Source: a bacterium (GTDB taxonomy: Bacteria > Bacillota_I > Bacilli_A > RFN20 > CAG-826). Taken from it: a stretch of 64,000 bases of DNA. How positions within the stretch are numbered: the first letter of the stretch is position 1; every line of letters starts with the position of its first letter. Location: positions 4,351 through 68,350 of the forward strand of contig CAVAYV010000077.1 of assembly GCA_963593015.1 (NCBI GenBank), read 5' to 3'. Made by a program: the position numbers and the translations under genes. Shown piece after piece: positions 34,563-43,246 of the stretch. Below the pieces are notes generated by a model. The model did no database searches. It was not told the DNA's origin and saw only the letters and a program-made list of their open reading frames with translations.

Positions 34563-35696
34563 ATGAACGAAGAGCTAAAAAAACTTGATCCAAATCTTTG
34601 CGATGTCAGTAATACTTTGACGAATTTTTCTAATAGCATCCTCACCCATTTTGGCGTCAAACCATTTCATTCCACGATAAAAGAGGTGGATGAAGCGCTC
34701 TTAGGACATAAAAAAGTCGCCGTCTTTTTGTTTGACGGCGCCTCGGAATACAATCTGAAGATCTATCCTCACACGAATAAATTCTTGCTCAATCATAAAC
34801 TTAAGACCATCTATTCGGTAAATCCTGCCACGACCGTGGCCTGCACAACGGCCTTTTTGAGCGCCAAATTCCCAATTGAGACCGGATGGCTTGGCTGGAG
34901 TTTGGATTTCCATGCGATAAATCTTCCGATCATCGATACCTTCACTGGAAAAGAAAGCTATGGAAGGATCCGTCATGAGCCTTCTCCGATGCTCTCTTAT
35001 TCTCCATATAAGAACATTGCGACTTTATTGTCTGAGCATGGTGTGAAAGCCAAGCAAATGTACCAATATCCGATCGAAGACAAAAAAGGGCCAAAGAACC
35101 ATAAGGAAGCCTTAAAGATGTATTCCTCTTTCTTCAAAGAAGAAGGCGGCGAATTCCTTTATGGCTATTTCAGCGAGCCTGACCATACTTTGCATAATCA
35201 TGGCGTGAAAAGCGTCAGAACCTATTTCGAGTACAAGAAGATCAATAAGTTCCTTAAAAAATTCGTGAAAGCTAACCCTGACGTTTTGGTTTTCGCTTTT
35301 GCTGACCATGGCCTTATCAACATCGACCATTATGATGATATCTCAGATTTCAAAGACATCGAATCAACGTTGGCTAGGCCTATGTCCATCGACACGAGAA
35401 TTCCGACTTTCTTTGTGAAAGAAGGCAAGAAAGAGGAATTTGTGGCCGCTTTCAATAAGCATTTTGGATCCGATTTTCTCCTTGTTAGCAAAGAAGATAT
35501 CCTCGAATCGAAATATTTTGGGGATGGGACGCCTTCCAAAGAAGCCTCCTCTTTCCTTGGCGATTACCTCGGGATCTCTTTAAAAAACGTCGGCATGAAG
35601 GAATACTATGGCCAAAAAGAAGCTCCATTAAAAGCCCATCATTCGGGGGCAAGCAAAGAAGAGAGAGAAGTTCTTCTTTCCGTTTATAACCTCTAA
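34563..35696 (+). CDS. alkaline-phosphatase-superfamily phosphodiesterase / nucleotide pyrophosphatase-like protein
   Basis: VFLFDG (metal Asp), NPATTVACTT (nucleophile Thr region), EPDHTLHNHG and FADHG metal-ligand motifs. Confidence 0.65.
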   Translation: MNEELKKLDPNLCDVSNTLTNFSNSILTHFGVKPFHSTIKEVDEALLGHKKVAVFLFDGASEYNLKIYPHTNKFLLNHKLKTIYSVNPATTVACTTAFLSAKFPIETGWLGWSLDFHAINLPIIDTFTGKESYGRIRHEPSPMLSYSPYKNIATLLSEHGVKAKQMYQYPIEDKKGPKNHKEALKMYSSFFKEEGGEFLYGYFSEPDHTLHNHGVKSVRTYFEYKKINKFLKKFVKANPDVLVFAFADHGLINIDHYDDISDFKDIESTLARPMSIDTRIPTFFVKEGKKEEFVAAFNKHFGSDFLLVSKEDILESKYFGDGTPSKEASSFLGDYLGISLKNVGMKEYYGQKEAPLKAHHSGASKEEREVLLSVYNL

Positions 35697-35697
35697 G

Positions 35698-35914
35698 TTG
35701 AAAACTTTTGATTTCGTTCTATAATTCTATTGTCGGTGAAATAGAGGGATCTAGCCAACTTCTTATAATAGAGAGCTCTTATTCGGTGAAAGGGAGTGTA
35801 GAAGCCTAGTGAGTCGCTATGGAGACAGGTAGCAGGCCTTAACGCAAACAAAGTGCAGAATCTTCTGAACTAAGGTGGTACCGCGCAACTAGCGCCCTTA
35901 GAGGGTGCTTTTTT
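35698..35914 (+). promoter_or_regulatory. promoter plus T-box leader (presumably Val) with terminator, upstream of valS
   Basis: TTGAAA-16 nt-TATAAT (35698-35725). T-box GAACTAAGGTGGTACCGCG at 35867-35885. Terminator AGCGCCC/GGGTGCT plus T-run at 35891-35914. I could not resolve the specifier codon by eye. Confidence 0.85.
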
Positions 35915-35936
35915 ATTTATTGATAAGGAGAGAGAT

Positions 35937-38522
35937 ATGTTAGACAAACATTATGACCACAAAGCCGTCGAAGAAGGAAAATACGACTCCTGGGTGAAAA
36001 AAGGATATTTCACTGCCGGGGATCTCTCAAAAAAGGCCTTTTCCATGGTCATCCCGCCGCCAAACGTGACGGGAAAGCTCCATTTAGGGCATGTCATGGA
36101 CACGATCCCAGATGACATTATTTGCCGCTACAAAAGAATGAAAGGCTATGATGTTTTGTGGGTTCCTGGCACCGATCACGCCGGCATTGCCACCCAAGCC
36201 AAAGTGGATGCCAAGCTTCAGCAACAAGGCTTAAGCCGCTATGACCTTGGGCGCGAGAAGTTCCTTGAAGAAGCTTGGAAATGGAAAAACGAATATGCCG
36301 AAATCATCCATAAACAATGGGCTAAGCTTGGGCTAAGCGTCGACTATTCAAGAGAAAGATTCACTCTCGACGAAGGGCTTAACGAAGCGGTCAGAACCGT
36401 TTTCGTCACTTTGTACAACGAAGGATTGATCTATCGCGGCGAAAAAATCATCAACTGGGACCCAGTTATGAAAACCGCTTTGAGCAACATCGAAGTCGTT
36501 TATCAGAATGACCCTGGCGAATTTTTCTATTTTGCTTATGACGTCGTTGACAGCGATGAAAAATTAATCGTCGCGACCACTCGCCCGGAAACTATGTTTG
36601 GGGACACCGCGGTTTTCGTCAATCCTAGCGACGAGCGTTATTCGCACCTCATTGGCAAAAAATGCGTCAATCCGGCCAACGGGGACTTGCTCCCTATTAT
36701 GGCCGACGAATACGTTGACAAAAGTTTTGGGACGGGCGCGATGAAAGCCACCCCAGCCCATGACCCCAACGACTTCTTGCTTGGCAAAAAATACGGGTTT
36801 GAGTTCATCAAGGTCTTGGATGAGTCTGCCCATATGAATGAAAAAGCTGGCAAATACGCCGGAATGGACCGTTATGAATGCCGCGAAGCTTTGGTTAGGG
36901 ACATCAAAAACAACGGGCATCTAGTGAAAATTGAGAAGATGACCCACGAAGTCGGGCATAGCGAAAGAAGCGGCGCCGTTGTTGAACCGATGCTTTCGAA
37001 GCAATGGTTTGTGAGAATGAAACCATTGGCCGAAGAGATTCTAAAAACCCAAAAAAGCCAAGACAAAGTCGATTTCATTCCGAAACGGTTTGAGAAAGTC
37101 TTGACCCGTTGGATGGAAAATGTCGATGATTGGTGCATTTCTCGTCAACTTTGGTGGGGACATAGGATTCCGGCTTACTACCATAAAAAGACTGGTGAAG
37201 TGCTCGTTTCCTTGCAACCGCCTGTCGATATTGAGAATTACACTCAAGACGAGGATGTTTTAGACACCTGGTTCTCTTCGGGTTTATGGCCATTCAGCAC
37301 GCTTGGCTGGCCAAACGCCGATTCGGCGGATTTCAAACGTTATTTCCCCACCGATGTTTTGGTGACAGGCTATGATATCATCTTTTTCTGGGTCAGCCGC
37401 ATGATGTTCCAATCACTCCATTTCACTAAGCAAGTCCCTTTCAAAGAAGTGGTTATCCATGGCTTAATCAGGGACGAGCTTGGGAGAAAGATGTCCAAAT
37501 CATTGGGAAATGGAGTAGATCCTCTCGATGTCATTGAAAAATATGGCGTCGATGCCTTGCGCTATTTCATTTCCACCAATAGCACCCCAGGTTTGGATAT
37601 GCGCTATAGCGATAGCAAAGTCATTGCCGCGAGCAATTATTTGAATAAAATCTGGAATAGCTGCCGCTATGTGGAAATGGTGATCGGGGACGATTTTCAT
37701 CCAAAAGCGATCGAGAAAAAAGAATTAAGCGTTCTCGATGCTTCAATTTTGGACAAACTCGAAAGAACGATCAAAAAAGTCACTTCAAAGATGGAAAAAT
37801 ACCAATTCGGCCAAGCTTCCACGATCCTTTATAATTTTGTCTATGATGATTTCTGCTCCTCTTATTTAGAGATGAGCAAAGTTTCCTTGCAAGGGGAAAA
37901 CGAAGAAGCGAAGGCTGTCACAAAAAACGTCCTTTATAAGGTCATGCGCGAAATTATTTTGATGATTTCCCCATATGCCCCATTCGTTTCTGAGGAGATG
38001 TATCTCTCTCTTCCTGACCATTTAGAGAGCGTTTGCCTAGAAAGCTATCCTTCTTATGACAAAACCTTATTGAATAAGAAAGCCACCGAAAAAGCGGCGA
38101 TTCTTGAAATGATGATCAAAGATATCCGTAACTACAAGAGTCAAAATGGGATTGCCCCAAACGCTCCAGTCAAACTTGTAATTAACCCCAAAGAGCCTTT
38201 CGAAGGCGCCAACGAATACCTTAAGCGTTTCTCTTTCGCCAAAGAGATAAAAATCACGAAAGATCGCTTAGAAGGCAATCCTTTCTTCTATGATGGCTAT
38301 GAGCTTTTGGTTGAAGAGGATATCGACAAAGAGGCTTTGAAGGCAAAACTCTTAAATGAGAAAACTCGACTTGAAAGCGAAGTCAATAGAGGCGAAAAGA
38401 TGCTCTCTAACGATAATTTTGTCAAAAAAGCCCCATCGGAAAAGGTTAAATTAGAAGAAGAGAAACTTGTTAAAAACAAAGCTTTGCTCGCTAATGTCAC
38501 CGCTAAATTAAAAACTTTATAA
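35937..38522 (+). CDS. valS: valine--tRNA ligase
   Basis: PPPNVTGKLHLGH (HIGH), KMSKSLGN, editing domain, C-terminal coiled coil. Confidence 0.96.
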   Translation: MLDKHYDHKAVEEGKYDSWVKKGYFTAGDLSKKAFSMVIPPPNVTGKLHLGHVMDTIPDDIICRYKRMKGYDVLWVPGTDHAGIATQAKVDAKLQQQGLSRYDLGREKFLEEAWKWKNEYAEIIHKQWAKLGLSVDYSRERFTLDEGLNEAVRTVFVTLYNEGLIYRGEKIINWDPVMKTALSNIEVVYQNDPGEFFYFAYDVVDSDEKLIVATTRPETMFGDTAVFVNPSDERYSHLIGKKCVNPANGDLLPIMADEYVDKSFGTGAMKATPAHDPNDFLLGKKYGFEFIKVLDESAHMNEKAGKYAGMDRYECREALVRDIKNNGHLVKIEKMTHEVGHSERSGAVVEPMLSKQWFVRMKPLAEEILKTQKSQDKVDFIPKRFEKVLTRWMENVDDWCISRQLWWGHRIPAYYHKKTGEVLVSLQPPVDIENYTQDEDVLDTWFSSGLWPFSTLGWPNADSADFKRYFPTDVLVTGYDIIFFWVSRMMFQSLHFTKQVPFKEVVIHGLIRDELGRKMSKSLGNGVDPLDVIEKYGVDALRYFISTNSTPGLDMRYSDSKVIAASNYLNKIWNSCRYVEMVIGDDFHPKAIEKKELSVLDASILDKLERTIKKVTSKMEKYQFGQASTILYNFVYDDFCSSYLEMSKVSLQGENEEAKAVTKNVLYKVMREIILMISPYAPFVSEEMYLSLPDHLESVCLESYPSYDKTLLNKKATEKAAILEMMIKDIRNYKSQNGIAPNAPVKLVINPKEPFEGANEYLKRFSFAKEIKITKDRLEGNPFFYDGYELLVEEDIDKEALKAKLLNEKTRLESEVNRGEKMLSNDNFVKKAPSEKVKLEEEKLVKNKALLANVTAKLKTL

Positions 38523-38587
38523 AAAATAACACTTTTTTTGGAAAAAGAGCTCCTCGATGCCTATTAATGGTTGAAGGGAGCTCTTTT

Positions 38588-38770
38588 ATGAACGGTAGAA
38601 GACTAAATTCCAAAGAACTAGAAGCCCTAGTGCCTGGCGAAGGGATCACCTTAACAGCCGTGATTGCCATAATGGCCATCGCTTTGCTTGCCGTCATCAC
38701 TTATCGCCTTTTCATGAGTAATAAGGGGACGATGAAAATGCCTGGCGGCTGGGCTTTTAGCTGGAATTAA
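38588..38770 (+). CDS. 60-aa single-TM protein, overlaps radC start
   Basis: ATG 38588 behind GGGAG. TM segment ITLTAVIAIMAIALLAVITY. The stop overlaps the radC ATG (TAATG). Confidence 0.4.
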   Translation: MNGRRLNSKELEALVPGEGITLTAVIAIMAIALLAVITYRLFMSNKGTMKMPGGWAFSWN

Positions 38771-39486
38771 TGATCGTAAAAGAAATAGACAAGCATTTAA
38801 GACCGCGCGAGAAAGCAAAACAAAAGGGGCTGTTTTCGCTTTCTGACTCTGAGCTTTTGGCGTTGATTCTTGGGAATGGGATCCATGGGAAAAACGTCAT
38901 TGAGGTATCCGAGACGCTTTTAGAGAGAAGTGGCGGTTTTAAGGGCTTATTCCGTCGAGATGAAAATAACCTTGTTTGTTTCGATGGGATAAGCGATGTC
39001 AAGGCTTTGACGATCTTAGCGCTTGGCGAAATTCATCGAAGAGCTTCCCGTGAGTTGCTTCCGACAATAAAGCTTCCCTCGGCTGAAACGTTGTTCAAAA
39101 TATTTCAGCCGAGCTTGGAGGCGCTATCCAAAGAGACATTAATCATTCTTTGTTACGATAAAAAAGGCGCTTTTTTGTCAGAACGCCGTCTGTACGCAGG
39201 GACGGCGAGTTCGCTTTTAATCTCTCACACAGAGATTTTTCGAGAGCTTTTGACGAAAAGCGCCTATTCCTACTATCTCATCCATAATCACCCGAGTGGC
39301 GAACCATTGCCCTCTAGCGGGGAGATAAGCGACACGCTCATCTTAAAAAACGAAGGGGAGGAGCTCTCCTTGCGTTTGAACGACCATATCATCATTTCTG
39401 AAAGTGGGTATTTCTCCTTTCGGGAGAATTGCTTACTATCCAATGACCAAAAAAGCGGTTTCGCGAATTCCTTTTCACAATCATGA
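38770..39486 (+). CDS. radC: RadC/JAMM-family protein
   Basis: N-terminal HhH-like LRPREK..LSDSELLALIL and the JAMM motif LIHNHPSGEPLPS. Confidence 0.88.
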   Translation: MIVKEIDKHLRPREKAKQKGLFSLSDSELLALILGNGIHGKNVIEVSETLLERSGGFKGLFRRDENNLVCFDGISDVKALTILALGEIHRRASRELLPTIKLPSAETLFKIFQPSLEALSKETLIILCYDKKGAFLSERRLYAGTASSLLISHTEIFRELLTKSAYSYYLIHNHPSGEPLPSSGEISDTLILKNEGEELSLRLNDHIIISESGYFSFRENCLLSNDQKSGFANSFSQS

Positions 39487-39540
39487 TTTATTTTTGAGAT
39501 CAAAAGTATAATAATATGGCGTAAATCAAGGGAGGGTTTT

Positions 39541-39939
39541 ATGAAAACCGTATCAAAAATATTTTACATCATCGCCGCTGTGCTAGGAGTGGCGGCAATC
39601 ATTTCTTGCATCAGCATGGGATGCACGGCAATCGCTGCCAAAAGCGATGCGACCATAATCCAAAAAATCATCGATCAAGCTAGCAATGTGCAACTTCAGA
39701 CTGCCGATCAAGTAAAAAGCGCTTTAAGTTCTTTAGCGACTTTCTCCTTCGTTTATATGGTCGTGGAAATCGCTGCTTTCGTCCTTAATATCTTTGGCTT
39801 ACGCGCCCTTAATGACGACGAAGGATCTCACAAAGCGATTCATATCGTCAATGTCATTCTCGCTTTCTGCGGACTCAATGTCTTCTTATTGCTCGGTAGC
39901 GTCTTCGGATTGGCCAGCAGCGGAAGCTCAGCTGATTAA
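39541..39939 (+). CDS. membrane protein, unknown function
   Basis: 132 aa with 3-4 hydrophobic helices and a GGAGGG SD. Confidence 0.5.
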   Translation: MKTVSKIFYIIAAVLGVAAIISCISMGCTAIAAKSDATIIQKIIDQASNVQLQTADQVKSALSSLATFSFVYMVVEIAAFVLNIFGLRALNDDEGSHKAIHIVNVILAFCGLNVFLLLGSVFGLASSGSSAD

Positions 39940-39954
39940 AAAATTCTATTTTTC

Positions 39955-40089
39955 TTGCTTTAGTTAGTATAACTAAGTATATTTATGTCGTTGTCGCCCT
40001 TTTAGGGCTACAACCGCATTGAAACGGTTAATGAAAGTCATAGGAATATGCGCCGTAATAGCGAGTAATTAGCCATAGGAGGAATAAGC
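39955..40089 (+). promoter_or_regulatory. rplU promoter and structured leader (probable L21 leader)
   Basis: TTGCTT-17 nt-TATATT (39955-39983). The leader has hairpins GCCC-TTTTA-GGGC and AACCG-CATTGAA-CGGTT before the AGGAGG SD. Confidence 0.45.
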
Positions 40090-40398
40090 ATGTACGCCAT
40101 TGTTGAAACTGGTGGAAAGCAAATCAAAGTCGCAGTCGGCGACAAAATCTTCGTTGAGAAAATCGACGTTGAAGCCGGCAAAGATGTGACTTTGGACAAA
40201 GTTCTCTTCGTCGGCGGCGAAAAGACTCTCGTCGGAAGCCCATATGTTAAGGGTGCGAGCGTCGTTGCCAAAGTCGAGAAACAAGGACTTTCCAAGAAAA
40301 TCACAATCTACAAGTACAAGAACAAGACCAATGAACGCAAAACCATCGGTCATCGTCAACCTTATACTTGCTTAGTGATCAAAACCATTAACGCCTAA
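40090..40398 (+). CDS. rplU: 50S ribosomal protein L21
   Basis: [15 protein letters not shown]-terminus. Confidence 0.96.
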   Translation: MYAIVETGGKQIKVAVGDKIFVEKIDVEAGKDVTLDKVLFVGGEKTLVGSPYVKGASVVAKVEKQGLSKKITIYKYKNKTNERKTIGHRQPYTCLVIKTINA

Positions 40399-40715
40399 TG
40401 ATCAAGATTCAAGTAATTTACCATAATTCCGAGTTTCGGGAACTTAAGATTCAAGGACATGCCGAAATAGCCAATAAAGGCCAAGACATTGTCTGCGCAG
40501 CGGTAAGCGCTGTTTCGGAAGGAGGGGTGCAAGCCCTGATTGATGATGAAAAGTCTTATGAATTCGAAATGAAAGAAGGGTATCTTGATCTCAAACGAAT
40601 CGCTCCGGAAATGAGCGAGCATGACAAGACAGTCATAATGACTATCGTCACGCAACTAGAAAGCATCGCCTTGGTAAGCAAAAACCATGTGCAGCTAGAA
40701 AGGAAGCAACAATGA
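40398..40715 (+). CDS. prp: ribosomal-processing cysteine protease Prp (YsxB)
   Basis: GHAE...DIVCAAVSA motif (His/Cys dyad) and position between rplU and rpmA. Confidence 0.88.
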   Translation: MIKIQVIYHNSEFRELKIQGHAEIANKGQDIVCAAVSAVSEGGVQALIDDEKSYEFEMKEGYLDLKRIAPEMSEHDKTVIMTIVTQLESIALVSKNHVQLERKQQ

Positions 40716-41002
40716 AATTTGTTATCGATTTACAGCTCTTCGCTTCCAAGAAGGGCGTCTCGAGCACCAAAAACGGTCGTGATTCAGCCGGCCGCAGATT
40801 AGGTGCTAAAGTCGGTGATGGCCAAAAGGTCATCGCTGGTAATGTTCTCTATCGTCAACGCGGTACGAGAATCAAAGCCGGCGAAGGCGCAGGCTGCGGC
40901 AAAGATGATACCATCTTCGCTCTTATCGACGGTATTGTTAAATTCGAACGCGTCGGTAAAACAGGAAAGAGAATTTCCGTTTACGCCGTCGAAGCGAAAT
41001 AA
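40712..41002 (+). CDS. rpmA: 50S ribosomal protein L27 with N-terminal propeptide
   Basis: [15 protein letters not shown] propeptide followed by the conserved GSTKNGRDS-like core. Confidence 0.95.
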   Translation: MKFVIDLQLFASKKGVSSTKNGRDSAGRRLGAKVGDGQKVIAGNVLYRQRGTRIKAGEGAGCGKDDTIFALIDGIVKFERVGKTGKRISVYAVEAK

Positions 41003-41015
41003 GCAAACTAATGAG

Positions 41016-41044
41016 GCGGCTCTTTGATGGGAGCCGCTTTTTTA
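41016..41044 (+). terminator. terminator after rpmA
   Basis: GCGGCTC / GAGCCGC stem, TTTGATGG loop, TTTTTT tail. Confidence 0.85.
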
Positions 41045-41070
41045 ATAAAATGTTCTTCAGGGAGGCTACT

Positions 41071-41832
41071 ATGAAACTATCCGTGATTCTTCCAGTCCGA
41101 AATCAAACAGACAAATTGTTAAAAAACATCAAAGAGAAAATCATTCCTTTTTTCGATGAATCGAAAATCGTCTATGACATCGTGATTTGCTCCGATGGTT
41201 CTAATGAAGAGGAAGAAAAGAAATTAGAAGATGGCTTGAAAGAACTCCCAATGCAAGTCAAACATGTCCCTTATAGCGAAAAAAGAGGCAAAGGATTGGG
41301 GGTGAAGAGAGGTATTTTATTCTCTGAAAGCGATTATTGCTTGTTCATGGACGCTGATTTGAGCACGGATTTAAGTGCTTTTAATGCGATGAAAAAGCAT
41401 TTGAAAGACGCCGATGCCTTTATTGGCAGTAGAGAACTAAAGGAGTCCAAAATCACCGAAAAGCAGACTTTTGTTCGTCGTCTCACCCATTTTGGGTCGA
41501 TTGGTATTATCAAGATGATGTTCCATTTCAAAGGGATCAGCGATACCCAATGCGGTTTTAAGATGTTTAGGACTGATGTGGCTAAAGCGATGGCTTCTCG
41601 CCAAACGATCGATGGCTTTGCCTTTGATGTTGAATATCTTTATTTTCTTAAACTCAATGGATTTAAAACGATTGAAGTGCCAGTTATCTGGGAAAACGAT
41701 GCCGATAGCAGCGTCTCAGCGTTTTCCACTTCCGTGAAATTTTTTAAATCATTATTCAAAATCAAGCACAACAAGAAAAATTATATTTTAAGCGAAGAAG
41801 AAAAGAAGAAGCTGGCCAGAAAGGGTGAATAA
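41071..41832 (+). CDS. family 2 glycosyltransferase (polyprenyl-phosphate glycosyltransferase-like)
   Basis: LSVILPVRNQ, CSDGS, FMDADLS (DxD) and QCGFKMF motifs. ATG 41071 lies behind GGAGG; the ORF-track start at 41011 lies inside the rpmA terminator. Confidence 0.82.
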   Translation: MKLSVILPVRNQTDKLLKNIKEKIIPFFDESKIVYDIVICSDGSNEEEEKKLEDGLKELPMQVKHVPYSEKRGKGLGVKRGILFSESDYCLFMDADLSTDLSAFNAMKKHLKDADAFIGSRELKESKITEKQTFVRRLTHFGSIGIIKMMFHFKGISDTQCGFKMFRTDVAKAMASRQTIDGFAFDVEYLYFLKLNGFKTIEVPVIWENDADSSVSAFSTSVKFFKSLFKIKHNKKNYILSEEEKKKLARKGE

Positions 41833-41834
41833 TC

Positions 41835-43109
41835 ATGTTGATCGATCGTTGCGTTATTGAAGTAAGAAGTGGCAAAGGTGGCGATGGAGCCATAACTTTT
41901 TTGCACGATAAGAACAAAGAATTCGGTGGCCCTGATGGCGGAAACGGCGGTAAGGGCGGCTCTGTTTATTTAATTGCCAAGAATAATTTGAATACCTTGT
42001 ATAATTTTCGTCATTCGCGTTTGATCAAAGCCATGGATGGCGGCAAAGGCGATAAGACTTTGATGACTGGTTTTTCCGCGCCTGATGTGATTGTGGCCGT
42101 TCCAACCGGAACCGTCGTCACCGACGAAAAAACCGGCAAAATCTTGGCGGATTTAAAGGAAGAGAACGAAAAAGTCCTCGTCGCTAAAGGTGGCAAGGGC
42201 GGAAAAGGGAATGCTGCATTCAAAAGCAGCCGCAACCGTGCCCCCCGCATCGCCGAAAATGGCGAGCCGGCGGAAAAAAGAAGGATTGTCCTAGAGCTTA
42301 AAATGCTTGCCGATGCTGGCTTAATCGGTTTCCCTAGCGTTGGCAAATCGACTTTTTTGAATGTCGTCAGCAAAGCCAACGTTCCGACCGCCGATTATCC
42401 CTTCACGACCTTGATCCCTAATTTAGGGGTTGTTTATTTGCCTGATTATCGTTCTTTTGTTTTAGCGGATATGCCTGGTCTTATCAAAGGCGCCCATGAA
42501 GGAAAAGGGCTTGGCATCCAATTCTTGCGTCATATCGAAAGAACGAAGGTTTTGATCCACTTGGTTTCGATGGACGGGGAAAGAGACCCTTACGAAGATT
42601 ATTTAGCCATCAGAAAAGAACTTTCTAGCTATGGCGCCAGACTCGATGAAAGACCTGAACTAGTGGTGGCTAGCAAGATGGATAGCGAAGGCGCCATCGA
42701 AAGAAAAGCGAAATTCGATAAGCAAATAGGCAAAGTATCTTTATCTCTTTGCTCTTTGACTCATGAAGGAGTTGAGGAAATAATTTCCAAAGCTAAGGAT
42801 TTGATTGACGTAACGCCAGAGTTCCCATTAATAGGCATGGAAAATCTTGAAAAAATCAAAATCTATGACGGTCATGATGGCTCTGATCATATCTTTGATA
42901 TCAAACGAGTTGGAAATCACGAGTGGGAAGTGACTGGCGAAAAGCTTTTCTCCAAATTGGTGAGAATCAATACTCGTGAAGAGGAGGGTTTGGCCAAATT
43001 TGTCAAAACATTGGATTCTTTGGGCGTAGAAGATGCTTTAAGGGAAAAAGGCGTTAGGGAAGGGGATATCGTCCATGTTGGCGATTACACTTTCGAATAT
43101 AGCGATTGA
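41835..43109 (+). CDS. obg: GTPase Obg
   Basis: Glycine-rich Obg fold (GGDGAITF..GGPDGGNGGKGG), GFPSVGKST, DMPGLI, and C-terminal OCT domain. Confidence 0.96.
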   Translation: MLIDRCVIEVRSGKGGDGAITFLHDKNKEFGGPDGGNGGKGGSVYLIAKNNLNTLYNFRHSRLIKAMDGGKGDKTLMTGFSAPDVIVAVPTGTVVTDEKTGKILADLKEENEKVLVAKGGKGGKGNAAFKSSRNRAPRIAENGEPAEKRRIVLELKMLADAGLIGFPSVGKSTFLNVVSKANVPTADYPFTTLIPNLGVVYLPDYRSFVLADMPGLIKGAHEGKGLGIQFLRHIERTKVLIHLVSMDGERDPYEDYLAIRKELSSYGARLDERPELVVASKMDSEGAIERKAKFDKQIGKVSLSLCSLTHEGVEEIISKAKDLIDVTPEFPLIGMENLEKIKIYDGHDGSDHIFDIKRVGNHEWEVTGEKLFSKLVRINTREEEGLAKFVKTLDSLGVEDALREKGVREGDIVHVGDYTFEYSD

Positions 43110-43146
43110 TGGGGAATACCGAAACGGTTTAAGGTATAATAAAGAA

Positions 43147-43245
43147 GTGAAAAAAGAAAAGAAGATCTATGAATCATTACTGATTGTTTTAGGAAGCGCC
43201 GCTTTCGGGCTTCTCATTTCTCTTCTTTTTGTTTTGGTAAGATAA
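43147..43245 (+). CDS. possible 32-aa single-TM micro-ORF (not in ORF track)
   Basis: GTG 43147 lies 6 nt after TATAAT (43135-43140). Sequence (M)KKEKKIYESLLIVLGSAAFGLLISLLFVLVR, with the stop 1 nt before the ruvA ATG. Confidence 0.25.
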   Translation: MKKEKKIYESLLIVLGSAAFGLLISLLFVLVR

Positions 43246-43246
43246 T

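Noticed and set aside
41011-41070. ORF-track start of the glycosyltransferase at 41011.
   Set aside because: That ATG sits in the 5' arm of the rpmA terminator. ATG 41071 follows GGAGG and yields the usual MKLSVILP GT2 N-terminus.
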